DNA of 52,958 nucleotides from Girardia tigrina (Eukaryota): the NCBI GenBank assembly GCA_001938485.1, contig MQRK01227105.1:10077-63034 (forward strand), read 5' to 3'. A model generated the notes under the pieces. The model saw only the letters and a program-made list of their open reading frames with translations, did no database searches and had not been told where the DNA came from. The translations under genes were made by a program, and so were the position numbers. Numbering within the stretch: the stretch's first letter is position 1; every line of letters starts with the position of its first letter. Below, piece after piece: positions 11,717 through 24,559 of the stretch.

Positions 11717-12262
11717 ACGGATAACATCAAATAGTAGGTGGACATGAAATAGTAGGTGTAATGAAGTTTTCAAAAAATTTTCCACCTACTATTAAAATAG
11801 TAGGTGGAATCAAATAGTAGGTGTATCGTTTTTAAAGAAATTTATAAAAAAATATTTTTAAAAATGAAAAAAGAACTTTATAAAAATTAAAAAATGTGTC
11901 ATATAAATTTTAATTTGTTTTATTAATTGAAATTACTAAGTTCTATTTACATTTATACAAAGTAATTTTTAATATTGTTACATTTTTTAAATAATAGCCC
12001 AACGATGACAAAAAGAATGTTCAGTATAGCTTTCAAAAATGAAGTGGTAGCATTTATGGAAACTGGCAAAACGGCTTATGCTGCAGCGAAATACTTCTCC
12101 ATGCGAGATAAAACAGTTTAATTCTTATTTATTTTTCAAGTTTAAGACAAGTTCAAAACAAAAGCACCAAATAGTAGGTGTAAACCAATATTGGGCGCCT
12201 TTTCAATTTTTTTTCCACCTACTATTAAAATAGTAGGTGTCCTACTATTTCATGTTATCCGT
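11717..12262 (+). mobile_element. Non-autonomous pogo-like element (deletion derivative)
   Basis: TIR ACGGATAACAT(C/G)AAATAGTAGG flanked by TA; repeated subterminal AAATAGTAGGTG in both orientations; 12005-12121 encodes MTKRMFSIAFKNEVVAFMETGKTAYAAAKYF (Brinker/HTH-like). Confidence 0.75.
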
Positions 12263-12559
12263 TATAATAATTGTTGTTCATAATTATAACAGATTTATTT
12301 AAATTAAATACAAAGGGCTCTAACATGGGATCTTGAAATCAGTGTAGAAAAATCATGAAAATGACCTGTTTTATGGTAAATGCCTTGAGAAATGACTCTA
12401 GTATACAAGTATTTATTTATTCTTTAAGTTCAACTTACTGGTATTCCTGCATCATCCTCAATAAATAAAGTGATGTGTCGATTAAGTAAACATTAATATT
12501 TTCGGATTTTTTAAAAATAACATTTGTAAATTTTATGTACCTATTTTTTTAAAAAGTTA

Positions 12560-13110
12560 TTTCCTCTGTATTAAGAACATGGATACTAGTCTCATTTGAA
12601 TTTTTATTACTTTCACATTTAGAGTCATTACAACTCTCAGAAAATCTCTCATCGTTTGACATCTTAATAATTGTTGATAAAACGAAATCCAGATGAAAAT
12701 CATCTTTTAATAACAATAATTGGTTTTATATTTTTATTTTTAATCATGATTATTCGAACAATTTTTCAAAATCTTTTTAAAGCATTGAATTTTTCAAAGT
12801 ATTAATGAAAAATTATAATTTAAACCATTTCTAAATAAAAAACTAAAATGATAAAAAATGTTATCAAATTATTGAAACTAAATTTAATTTAAATTTTATT
12901 AAAAATATTAAACTTAATTTTAATTGTTAATTTAAAAAATATAAACTCATCAAATTCTTATTTTATTTATGTTCGAATAGTCAATCACTTTAAATTTAAA
13001 AAGTACCAATTTCTATCTGGGTGGGAGAATCACCACTCTAATTTCAAAATACTTAAATCAACATACAGTATCAATACATTTACACTTTCAAACAATTTAA
13101 AATATTCGAC
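12560..13110 (-). repeat. Diverged duplicate of ~19745-20210 (5' exon and upstream region of an unknown gene family)
   Basis: MSNDERFSESCNDSKC (ATG 12662) vs MAKDERPSESFNDSKC (ATG 19849); shared upstream ACCAATTT.ATCTGGGTGGGAGAATCACC; a third inverted piece near 7680-7785. Confidence 0.7.
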
Positions 13111-14369
13111 ATACAATGAAATTTTTATTGATGAAACAATGTGATTCAATAAAATACATATGATAGATTTTTTTTGATTTATAAATATTTTTGTTTTTTG
13201 AGGAATTATTTCGGTGGCTAAATTGATACGCATTTATGAATGAATTTTTTTATAAGGATTACTAGTGATAATTTATCACAAATATAATTTCGATTCTAAA
13301 AATTTGATAATCAAATTATTTATTTTCATAATAATTAGAAAATTAAAAACGTGCCTATATTAAAATTCATTTCTAATTTCGGGATTCAAAATCGTACTCT
13401 GAAAATGGCATCACGTCTACCAAACTGTAAATTTTCTGTAAGGCATGCAATTAAATTTTGGAAAAATAGTTTAATATTGCTTATAGTGAACTCTTTTCGA
13501 TGCTGCTCTTTGACCATTTCACGTCAGAGAAAAATTGCAGTAAAGATCTTTATGTATTCAAGTTGTAAGGAAACTGCTTACAACTGAGGATTGTTTAAAA
13601 TCGTAGTTTTCTCATAGTGTGAGGAAACTTTCCTAATAAAAAATATGATTCACTACAGTCGTCTGACAAAATGTTCATGGTTAAAATTTCTCTTATTGAA
13701 GATAATTTAAGATAACTAAAAATCTAAAATTATAATTATACTAATAAATAAACTTAAAACCTTAAACCCAAAATAAAACAAAACAAACTTCACAAACTAC
13801 ACTACTTTTATTTATTTATTTTTTAAAAATTTTAAAGTTATTTAATTATTTAAAATTGTTTAATTATTTACATAACTTATTTATTTAATTAAGCATAGAT
13901 ATCAAATTTTCTATTTTTCCTTATTCGTCGAAGAAACATTTAATCATTGATTAAAAGGAATGAATAACTCTTTATGCTTCAAGGTTTCATACTTTGCAAT
14001 GACCCAAACTCTATACCAATATTACTTCTCTGACATCAAAAGTTTTGCATCTTTATAAGACATGGTTTGCATTTCAATTTTTCCTGCATTTATTTTACCA
14101 AGTTAAATAAACATTAAAAATATAAAATGAAATATTAACAATAATAAATATTACAAGTTAAATTTTTTAGTAATTTTAGAACAAACTTGACTATTTTCAG
14201 AATGACTTTTGTCCATAAACCTTTAAGTATATATGTATTATACAATTTTCTTAAAGTGAACAGTCTTTGTAGACAAAGTATACCATCAAATGAAATTTTT
14301 CATTTAAAATTTGAAAAAGCTATAAAAGAAAAAATTTCGATTAGAAAAATTACCACCGATCTTCATTTG

Positions 14370-14630
14370 AATAAGTAAATGATCACTTTGATTGTTAAAA
14401 CTTAAGGAAGTAACAACAAAATTAACTAGCTTTCCATCGTAAGAACGTATGACAAAAAATAATAACACAACTTGAAACATTCATTAAACAGTTGATAGAA
14501 TTCTTCGGCTTGATAAATATAAATTTGAAGTTGAGGTTGGAACATGGCTTTCATTTAAAACAATACCTTTATGATTGTGGACGAGTTAACTCGTGAAATC
14601 ATGGTAGCTTGGTGAATATACCAATAAGTT
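14370..14630 (-). pseudogene. Possible decayed CUB-like extracellular domain fragment
   Basis: YSPSYHDF ... FVIRSYDGKLVNFVVTSLSFNNQSDHLLI resembles the CUB motif pattern; broken by stops and frameshifts. Confidence 0.25.
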
Positions 14631-15120
14631 AAATAGTCTTAATATTTCTTATATTCCTGATATATTCTTGTCCCAATATTAACGTTTAAGTCCACTCACT
14701 GATTGAGAACAATTCAATCTCAAATATTAATTGAAATTTTCTTATAATCAAATTCAAATAAAATATGGTAATAATAAGTCATGTCATTTCAAATTCCTTA
14801 ATTTTAAATCGAAAAATCTTTCTGAACATTTATTTAATTACTTTTATTTATTTATTTTTTAAAAATTTTAAAAGTTATTTATTTAAAATTGTTGAATTCT
14901 TTACATCACTTATTTATTTAATTAAACATAGATATCAATTTTATTAGATTTACTAGTTTATCGCTTAAATATTTTTGTTTCGGAAAAAAAATCATTCATA
15001 AAAAAACGAAATTTTATTTTACTAAAATTGATAAATTAATATTTATTTAACATTAATATATTTATAAATGATAATTTGTTTAAATATTCATTCTTTGTTT
15101 GTTGGATAGAAAATTCAAAG

Positions 15121-15520
15121 ATGAGTGACAGGCAAATGGCCGGTTGATCATATTGGACAACAAATTCGACGAATTGAATATCCGTGAATGCGCCAAACAA
15201 GTACTGAGAGATATGAACGTTATGAATCTGACTCCCTTTCAAGCGAGTTGTATTCCGCTTCTTTTGGAAGAAAAAGTTCTGATGGGCGCTGCTAAAATTG
15301 GCAATGCTAAAACTGCACACACTCATAATCGACGAGGCCGAAAGACTAATGGAACATGGATTCCTCGAGAACGAAAGTAATCGTCCGAAACGACAAACGG
15401 TTTTGTTTAGCGCCACTCTCAAAATGAACGCGGTGAAATTGAAACCGAAAATAAAGAAAGTCGTCGTTAAGGATTCGTCGATAACGAAGAGAAAGTGTCG
15501 AAGGAAGAGAAAGTGTTGAC
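15121..15520 (+). pseudogene. Internally deleted DEAD-box RNA helicase pseudogene (Has1/DDX18-like)
   Basis: Q-motif region FDELNI..LTPFQASCIPLLLEEKVLMGAAKIG joined by a frameshift to LIIDEAERLMEHGF and RQTVLFSAT; motifs Ia/Ib and domain 2 absent. Confidence 0.8.
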
Positions 15521-16252
15521 GCTGGTGGGTTTGAGTTTGCGGGAGAGTTATGTGACTGTGGACTTGAGTTGTTCGACTGACACAAGAATATCACGTGGAT
15601 AAGTTGCGATACAGATTTCGAATTCTCTACACGTTTCTGCGAATAAATAAAGAGAAAAAGGTGAAAATTGATAATTGAAATTTAATTTTTTTATAATAAT
15701 TTTGATTAAATATTTTTTAATACTTTTAATTATACAATTATCATAAAAATTATAATTTTACCGTTTGCAATTCAATTTTACATTACTGAAAATCAATTTA
15801 ACACAAATGAAAAGATGAAAACATAAATGAAGATAAGTATCAGATATAAATCGCAGCAGAATGTTCGGACGCGGATATCATTTCCTCGGATCTGCGACAA
15901 AACGCCGCGAACAAAAACGTCGAATTTATTGATTAAAATAATATTACAGTGATTTTCGATCTATTACGGCGTTGTTGCATTTGATTAGGTCAATTAGTAC
16001 GATTATAAATCACAAACAACAAATAAGAATGTACAGTGTCATGCGGTTAACTGCAGTTAACCGCATTTAAGAGAAAATGGCGGATTCTGATTTTTTCTTA
16101 ATTAGGCTGAGAAATTAATTTGTTAAATTTAAAACAGTAAGATTTTTTATAATATTAATTGCAGAACATTTACTACAAAAAATAAGATGTTTCTGCATTC
16201 AATCGTTCTTCAGAATGCAGTCAACAAAGAATTTCTTCGGATGATGAAAGTA

Positions 16253-17668
16253 CTATTGTTGTCAATTAACTATACAGTGAGGTCCATTTAATTATATAAG
16301 AAGTCCATTTGATAGTAAATCCATATCTAAATTGACGGAAAAATAAAATTTAACCAATCAAAATGTTAATTTAACAAACATACTTACTCAAATGTCCATT
16401 TGATAATAAAATGTCCACTTGAGAATAGAAAATATATGAAAAAATATTTTCCACCCCTTAACACACATTCATACATACCTATACACTCATAATACACACG
16501 TTATATTAGGACCATTTGATAATATAATGTCCATTTAACAATATAAAATTTTTAATTAAATTTAATGTATTTTTTTACTTTAGTAATTGTTAAAAGAAAT
16601 TTTTGAAAAATATGATNNNNNNNNNNNNNNNNNNNNNNNNNNNNNNNNNNNNNNNNNNNNNNNNNNNNNNNNNNNNNNNNNNNNNNNNNNNNNNNNNNNN
16701 NNNNNNNNNNNNNNNNNNNNNNNNNNNNNNNNNNNNNNNNNNNNNNNNNNNNNNNNNNNNNNNNNNNNNNNNNNNNNNNNNNNNNNNNNNNNNNNNNNNN
16801 NNNNNNNNNNNNNNNNNNNNNNNNNNNNNNNNNNNNNNNNNNNNNNNNNNNNNNNNNNNNNNNNNNNNNNNNNNNNNNNNNNNNNNNNNNNNNNNNNNNN
16901 NNNNNNNNNNNNNNNNNNNNNNNNNNNNNNNNNNNNNNNNNNNNNNNNNNNNNNNNNNNNNNNNNNNNNNNNNNNNNNNNNNNNNNNNNNGATATCATAA
17001 AAATATTTACCTTCCATTAGTTATAAATGTAGATCCAAAAAATCCACGATTTAAAAGTTTCGCTATTAACAAATGGATACTTGTTATTAACGAATGGACC
17101 CCACTGTATCAAATCGGGCAATTAAATATATAACTTAATGTATTTATTTATTTGCGTCAATAATCAACCAATCAAATCGCATATACTACATGCTTATTTA
17201 GCCGAATTCGGACAATCAAGCATACAATCTGACAATTAAGATGTATAATTTATTATAGAAGTTGTATGCAACAATGTTTTCTAACCCCAAACATACATAA
17301 TTGCACACAAACATACATGGATACATACAAACATACATGTAGACAAGTGCTAAAACACACATACACATTTGGATATTTAAATATATAATTGGACATTTAA
17401 GATTATGTGTCTATTGTAAATAAATTTTTAATAAAATTTTCATATTATAAAATTTCTTGAGGCATTTAATCATAATGTTGCCAAAACGACAGGAAAAATA
17501 AAATTTATCCTTTCCGAAAATGGCTTTTTAATATTGCCTAAATGTAATCTTAGATTTTGAATCGTTTGATTTGGTTGATTTGATTGGTTGATTCTTGACG
17601 CAAATAAATAAATACATTAAGTTATATATTTAATTGTCCGATTTGACATAGTTAATTGACAACAACAG
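16253..17668. mobile_element. TA-flanked MITE with ~100-bp TIRs inserted in the transposase
   Basis: CT(A/G)TTGTTGTCAATTAACTAT..CAAATCGG.CAATTAAATATATAAC.. at 16253/17109 is the reverse complement of ~17575-17668. Confidence 0.85.
16275..17106. mobile_element. Tc1-type MITE nested in the left TIR of the previous element (spans gap)
   Basis: TA|CAGTGAGGTCCATT ... AATGGACCCCACTG|TA; repeated GTCCATTT subterminal motifs. Confidence 0.8.
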
Positions 17669-19199
17669 TAATTGGACATATTTTTGTTGCTTTCATTTGC
17701 TGCCACAGCCTCGATTTTCTCCTGCAAAACGACCAGCCTTTGGTGATGGCTTAGTGTCAGGAGGCCTGGATGGTTTGTTATTGCTGTCCTGACTTCCCGC
17801 TTCATTTTGCAAAAAACGCCTCAATTGGATTGAGGAATGGAGAATATGGCGGCAAATTGACCATTTCATGATTGGAGATAGTGTTGAAATGGATTCTGGC
17901 ATTATCCTGGATTAAATAATGCGGTGTCCCTGGCAGAATGCTCGATAAGTCATTTATGAACGATTGATATTTGGCATGATCCACACTGCCACAGTATAAT
18001 TTGAATAGCAGGATACTCTTCCTGTCTATTGTCATAATGAGGGACATATTTTTTTCCCCTGTTTGTTGGGATGACAATATTCACCGGAATACCTCTCTTT
18101 GAACGACCGAATTGGCGGTTGGTCCATAGATTAAATCCGATTTCGTCAATGTAAACACATTGACTCATTCGCCAATCTTCCTTCATAAATCGGCAGGCAT
18201 ATTGAAATCGGAGGTCCTTCACTCGATCTGAATTTCGTTCTTGNNNNNNNNNNNNNNNNNNNNNNNNNNNNNNNNNNNNNNNNNNNNNNNNNNATGGTTA
18301 TTAATTTACCGGTGAGGAAGCGGGAAATTGTAGATTCCGATATATTGATTTCCCTGTTCTCCTCAATATACCTTTTCATCTCTCCCAACGTCGATTGCGG
18401 TTTCGCCTCCACATACCGAATGATCGTCTCGCCGATTTCGTCGGTAATAATGGTTTTTTTGTGGCCTCCATGTTTACCGACCGATAGGAGACCGCATTTT
18501 TGATATTTATATATGATGTTCTTGGCAGCTGATTGGGATATATCGAGCTGCCTTGTCAGAATCAAATAGTCCTCTGACATATTGTAGGCTCTGACGAGTC
18601 TTTCTTTGTCGATGAGACTTATTCTTGAATAATTTTATCATTTTAATTTGAAATTGTAAATAAAAATTACGATTTGCGAGTTTTCTTTATCCTACAAGGT
18701 TGTGTTTTTTGGCTGTCCTCGGTATCTATGTTATGATTATTTAATAAAATATCATGATTGACAATAAAGTACCTTATCTCAGTGTCATCGGCACTGCTAA
18801 CGGGCGATAAATTGTAATTTTCCAGCATTTTTGAAATTTATTTTTTTTACTCTTAACGTCTGGATTCACTCTTAAACGCTGGCAAATCAGGTGTGTATGA
18901 GGTGTGTTTTTGTCTCTGTATGTATGTATTGTATGTGTGTTTTGTGTATATGAAGGGTAGAACATACTTTTCTATAATTTAAACTATTCTTAAATGTTGT
19001 GAGTTAATTTTATCATCTGTTTAAACGTATTTTATGATTTTTAATTTTATTTATTTTTAGATTTCCAATTTTCATTTGGATTTTTCAATCAAAGGATGTT
19101 AAGTCACTGTTAATTGCAAGTGACTGTAATAAGAAATATAAGAATATACAGTATAAGAATTATAAAATAAGAATAAATACAACTGCTAAAAATAAATTT

Positions 19200-19725
19200 A
19201 TTAACATTCAATAGTCTCTCGATTCGAAGACATGGTTAGATACTTAAACATGTTTTGGTAGTATTCATTACAATCCGATGTACTAATTTCATTGAAGGCA
19301 CTTTCAATTCGATATTTCAATTGCAGTTCAGTTGTACACGCTATTCTGATCACCAAATTCTTCCATTTACTAAAGCAGTTTTCAATGGGATTTAAAAATG
19401 GACAATAATGTGGCAGGTATAAAACTTGAAATCCATCAAAATTCAGGTTTTTTAGTGGTGGATTCGCGCATTGTCCGTAATTAAAACAGGCAATTCAATA
19501 CCAAAATCCGCACAACGTTCTTTCAACTCGTTTACACAGGTTTGAAAGTTTGCGCCGTTAACCGCTCGATCATGTATCTTATGAAACAAAAGCTTGTTTC
19601 GGTTCATAACAGCAACCACAGAAATGTTTCGACTTCTTGCCAATGGAACTGTTGTAGTTGCTCTTACACCCGCCAAAGACCTTCAACGTTTTGGTCTTGT
19701 ACAAAATTTAAATCCCACTTCATAT
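19200..19725 (-). mobile_element. Second IS630/Tc1-like transposase fragment
   Basis: RSRNISVVAVMN..LITDNARIHH..YLPHYCPFLNPIENCFSKWK with stops and a frameshift. Confidence 0.85.
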
Positions 19726-20819
19726 AACAGTATTTCTTATACTGTATATTTTCATTATCAAGAACATTTAAACAAGTCTCGTTTGAATCTTTATTGCAAT
19801 TACATTTAGAGTCATTAAAACTCTCAGAAGGTCTTTCATCTTTTGCCATCGTTCTAATTGGTTTTCTTATTTCTGTTTTTAATCATGATTATTCGAACAA
19901 TTTTTCTGAGTTATTTTTTAAAATATTTAACCTCTAAAAAATATTAATTAAAAATAATAATTTGTACCATTTCTCAATAAATCCCAAAATAATAAAAATG
20001 ACATCAAATTATTAAAAATGCATTTAATTTAAATTTTACTAAAAAATATTAAACTTAATTTTAATTATGTTCGAATAGTCAATCACTTTAAATTTAAATA
20101 AAAAAATACCAATTTCCATCTGGGTGGGAGAATCACCATTCTAAATTCAACATACTTAAATCAACATACAGCATCCATACATTTACACATTCAAACAATT
20201 TAAAATATTCCTCACACTCATATTTGTTATTATATTCTTATTTTTTGTTTGTGATTTATAATCGTACTAATTGACTTAATAAAATGCTACAACGTCGAGA
20301 TAGGTTGCAACAACTTCGTATTAGATCCAAAATTACTGTATTACAATTATTTAATTTAGTAAAATTTTATTTAAGTAATTTTAGCATTATTAAAATAAAT
20401 ATTATTAATTGAAAACTTTTCAAAAATGGCTTAAATTAACCTATAAATAATCTGAAAATGTCTGGAAGTGGCAAAAAAATTCAATGCATATTGAATAAAA
20501 ATTGAATAAAATATGATTTTTTTCGGTCAATCACGAATTAAACGATCACATATCAAATAATTTTTACAAAAAATTGCATAAAATTCATTCACATAAATAT
20601 CAATTTTTAGGGAAAGTCATTTCAACGGTTGATTTAATTCGGTAGAGATTTTGTTCGAATCTTCATAAAAAATTGCACAATTAACAATTTTATTATTATT
20701 TTAACTCTCGTCGAAACAATGAGTTTCGCCAAAGATTTGTAAATAATACGAAACAAAAGCAGATTTCGTCAAAGTGGTTTCTAAATTTACCCTCAAAATG
20801 TTTCTAGATATTTCGTGTT

Positions 20820-21330
20820 CATGGCAATACTAACCGATCACAGAAAGACCAGCAATTGCTTCAGATAGTGATACTTCTTGTGATTGGAGAGACTCATTTG
20901 ATTCCTCTTCTCCTTCGACATGCTCACTTCGAGCTTGTTTTAAGATTTTTTTCCGTCGCAATGTCTTCATCGATGTAAACAAATTTTTCCATAGATAACT
21001 TTAAACTGAACGTGAAACCAAAATCTTGCCTTAGAAATTCTCATATGAGCTGAATTTCAACCAAATCTTCCCGTGGTAGAGTAAATTCTACAGGAACAAT
21101 GATTATTTCTATTTATTTATTCCGGCCTTTCAAAAACAATTAGCGACAGTGACTTAACTGACGCTTTCCCATGATTTTGCTTTGAGATTAATAGAATCCA
21201 AAATACTGACGCGGAATTCTGCCAATGATTTCTTCAATTCAATATGAAGAAGAATTCACTTAACCATGGTACTTCTATAATGCATCTTAAAAGCTGCAAT
21301 AATTCCTGGAGCAAGGTTGATTTGACAAGT
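20820..21330 (-). mobile_element. pogo/Tigger (CENP-B-like DDE_1) transposase C-terminal remnant
   Basis: LAPGIIAAFKMHYR, KSWESVS*VTVANCF*KAG and acidic tail EEESNE..VSLSEAIAGL. Confidence 0.75.
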
Positions 21331-21675
21331 CCGTGAATTCTTCGATTATTGAGAATGAAGATAACTGAGTCAACTTACACAATGATATGTTAATCTATCA
21401 AATGGAGAGGCAGATTTCGATTTCTGAAAATATAGGAGAAAAAAGGTGAAAATTGATTTTTGAAATTTATAGTTTTGATAAAATATTTTTTAATACTTTT
21501 AAAATTATATAATTATTTTATAATTATTAATAAAAATTATTGTAGAATATTCGTCATAACATATTATTTTATGTAAAACAAAACTCATCTATTTAAAAAT
21601 GATTCCCTGAAAAATGAGACCATATAAACTTAAAAGATTCAAGTAAATTGTATAAAATAAAAAAAATCGTATTAA

Positions 21676-22700
21676 CCACTTAAAGCACCTATTATTTTAG
21701 AATTTGGTGGTAAAAAATTATGATATTTTTTATTATTGTTTTATGTATAAAAAATCATAAAAATAAGGTGAAAAAAATCAAAACTGTATTTTTTGTATAG
21801 TTTAGGGGCCATTGCATAATTACGCAACGCTCGAGGGTGGGTAGGTGGGGTCCTTGAAAACGTTATAAAACGTTACGTGGGTGGGTGGGTGGTGGGTCAC
21901 TGAACGTTACGTAACGCTTTTTTAAAAATTAAGGCACGACTGTAGTGTCTTAAGACAAAATTATTTAAGACAAGTTACAAGAAATACAATTTCAAAATTT
22001 AAATAACGCAAATTTCATTTTAATTCTGTCAATTTAATGCATTTTAAAACTTTTGGCTATTTTTGGCGTTATGTAATTATGCAATGCCCCCTTACTTTTT
22101 ATTACAAATTTACCTATAAATTATTACATTTCTGGTAAATTAAAGTAATTTACAAATAGATGAAAAACGTAGCCTAATAATCTTTTCTTGTGTGATATAT
22201 CTCAAAACAAGGGATATAGCACAATCCCACATTGCAATCTTTGTAGTAAGCGTACGTTTCTCTTCTAATTTTATTTCCTTTAGCATCTCGCTTATTGCAA
22301 CAAATGACACAACAGCGGGTTGGTGTCGCTTTATTTCCCGTCGCGGAATGTGTGCTGGAAAATGCCGTTCCGTGAGCCTTAAAGGACTTCGCTCATAAGA
22401 TGGTCGACCTGTCTTTTCGAAAATTTTCTGATACTTTTCAATCAGTTCTAAAACTAAACACATCCAAAAGTATAAATTGTTCTTTGTGCCGCTATGTTTT
22501 TGGTATAAAACAAAGGTGTTTCTAATGCAGAGATCTAATAAGTGGTGAAAAATGTTTTTGTAATATTTTTGCCTCTTTCTGGTAATAGGGTAGTCATGGA
22601 TATGTTGATCTAATCGGTCAACACCACCCATTGTATCGTTGTAATTGACTACCAGTTTCGGTTTACGAATCGCACTGCCGTCTTTATGTGTTTTATTTGT
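21676..22700 (-). mobile_element. piggyBac 3' half (transposase C-terminus to terminus)
   Basis: KPKLVVNYNDTMGGVDRLDQ, RLTERHFP; frameshifted Cys-rich tail RCCVICC..DCNVGLCYIPCFEIYHT; terminus TTAA|CCACTTAAAGCACC at 21676. Confidence 0.85.
21805..22091. mobile_element. PIF/Harbinger-type MITE (287 bp)
   Basis: TIRs GGGG(C/G)CATTGCATAATTAC..AACGC; TTA target duplication on both sides. Confidence 0.9.
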
Positions 22701-23186
22701 TACTTCAGTCAGTGAGAGTGTATTTTGTATGCTCAATAGTCTCTGGATATCCATCGGCATTGCACGAAAGAATGCTGTCCGCAAAATATTGTCATCGTCG
22801 CCAGTGATGCTCAAACTGCGGTAATTACGCTGCAGGGTTCTAAGAAATTCTGAGGGGCGACGGTCGCCAAGATTACTTGAGAACAGTTCATCAAAATAAA
22901 CCGAAACTGGAACTTTGCGGCTGGGTATAATCGCATTTTTGAGGTCGGAAAACGGTGTTGTGGAATCCGTGTCAATGAAATTCTGGAATTCCGTCAATTT
23001 CTGAGGAGGCAGATTTGCTGTGAGATGTAAAAACTTCGTTTGCTCTGTAGAAATGCCGGAGATCTTGAATATGGAATCGATTTGTTTAAACCACATCTCG
23101 ATGTTGTCGAAGATTGGAGGGATTTTCGGGCTCACGTGGTTGCATTCGAGCGAACCGCTCCTGGCACCATTATAATCTTCTAGCAT
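22140..23186 (-). CDS. Chimeric ORF: Gypsy-type Gag (capsid-like) fused in frame to a piggyBac transposase C-terminus
   Basis: First ~160 aa: PKIPPIF..EMWFKQIDSIFKISGI..TKF..LGDRRPSEFLR..ILRTAFFRAMP (Gag); remainder piggyBac motifs; 348 codons open. Confidence 0.7.
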   Translation of the reverse strand: MLEDYNGARSGSLECNHVSPKIPPIFDNIEMWFKQIDSIFKISGISTEQTKFLHLTANLPPQKLTEFQNFIDTDSTTPFSDLKNAIIPSRKVPVSVYFDELFSSNLGDRRPSEFLRTLQRNYRSLSITGDDDNILRTAFFRAMPMDIQRLLSIQNTLSLTEVTNKTHKDGSAIRKPKLVVNYNDTMGGVDRLDQHIHDYPITRKRQKYYKNIFHHLLDLCIRNTFVLYQKHSGTKNNLYFWMCLVLELIEKYQKIFEKTGRPSYERSPLRLTERHFPAHIPRREIKRHQPAVVSFVAISEMLKEIKLEEKRTLTTKIAMWDCAISLVLRYITQEKIIRLRFSSICKLL

Positions 23187-23897
23187 TATTTAAATACTGA
23201 ATAATTTAAATTGATAAAAGAAAAGATTGGTTATTTGAAAAGTTTATTAATAACAAAATCTATAGATTTAAACAATCGATAAAAAATCATTATTTTTAAT
23301 TCAACAAAAATTGAATTAAAAATAATTTATTGATTAAGTAAAGTTGTCACTTTACAAACAACTAAACATAATGATGGTATAAAAAATTTAATAAAACACA
23401 AACAACAAACCACAAAAATCTTAACGGAGGAAGACCCATATACTCAAGAAATGAATGAACATACATAAATAATAAATTCGGAATATGATCCTAGTTCAAT
23501 ACCTCAATATCCGGATGAAAAAGACGGAGGTTATAAGATACAAAAAAAATACATTAAGTGAAATACAAGAAAATCAAATTAAATCATTTTCATTTAACAG
23601 AGGAAATAGCAGTAATTATTGAAAATAAAATACAAGGAAGGCCAACATCAATGAAATTCTCCTTTTTAATAGACATTATTTAAACAAATAATTATTCATA
23701 TTTTTCATATTAAATATTTCATTTAATAAATAAATTTAACATGTAAGACTCCTCCCAGATTCTTCGTCATAAAAATCTGTATCTAAATACAGATATATTT
23801 ATATTGAGCTAAGTACTTTCAAAATATGTTATAAAATTGGAAATATCTACATCAATACTTTTTCTTATTTCAAATACTATGGACCATGCGTCTTGAA

Positions 23898-24122
23898 TTA
23901 AGTTACTAGGGGCCAAATGAAAAGCACATGTAAAACTAATAATTCTTTTGAAACGGTCGTTCGAAAAATATAAAGGTTTAAATCAAGTTCCATGCATTTC
24001 CTCCATACTGCTTGTGCAAAATGAAAGTAACATCCTTTCATCTCAGTTAATGGAAAATTGGTTCTAAAAGCATTAAATAAACTAAAACAGTTGACTGACT
24101 CAGTATCGAAGTTAAGAGACAT
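23898..24122 (-). mobile_element. MULE transposase fragment
   Basis: NAFRTNFP..MKGCYFHFAQAVWRK is the MULE CxFH motif. Confidence 0.8.
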
Positions 24123-24559
24123 ACATTCAACTTTCTCGATGCAACCAAAAAATTTAAATTTTTCCTTTCTAGTTGATTCCGGTTCAGTTTGAACTTAAAT
24201 TTTTTAATACTTAATTTTAAATACTTAAAATTAATTTTTTTTACTTTTAATAAATTTTTATAAATACATTCTCAGAAAACGCATCGAACAATTCAACATT
24301 CCAATAATTATATTATAATAGAAATAAGAGAAAAATGTTATATTGTTATGGCACAATGTTAAAAAATATTGGTAAAATCCTCAGATAAAAAAAAGATATA
24401 AGGTTGGTAAAACCACAGTAAAATGCCACCAAATGTTTCGATTGAACACTGAATTTAGTACTCTGAAAAAATTAAAACTTTTAATATCATATAATTTCAT
24501 TAAAATCAACTTACTTAAAATTTTTAAATTCTTCTCTTCATATTCCATTAACTGAAAAT

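Larger units (their letters stand above)
16199..18641 (-). mobile_element. IS630/Tc1-like (DDE_3) transposase pseudogene, interrupted by nested MITEs
   Basis: HTH region, YIDEIGFN, QDNARIH, LPPYSPFLNPIE; the C-terminus ..NKNMSNY resumes as FHHPKKFFVDCILKND* left of 16253. Confidence 0.9.

Noticed and set aside
11717-12262. Repeated AAATAGTAGGTG as a CRISPR-like array
   Set aside because: Short, in both orientations, irregularly spaced and inside TIRs: transposon subterminal repeats.
23154-23169. TGGTGCCAGGAGCGG (minus strand) as a Leu-type PBS before gag
   Set aside because: Lies inside the reading frame with no CA-ending LTR directly upstream; possible but unsupported.
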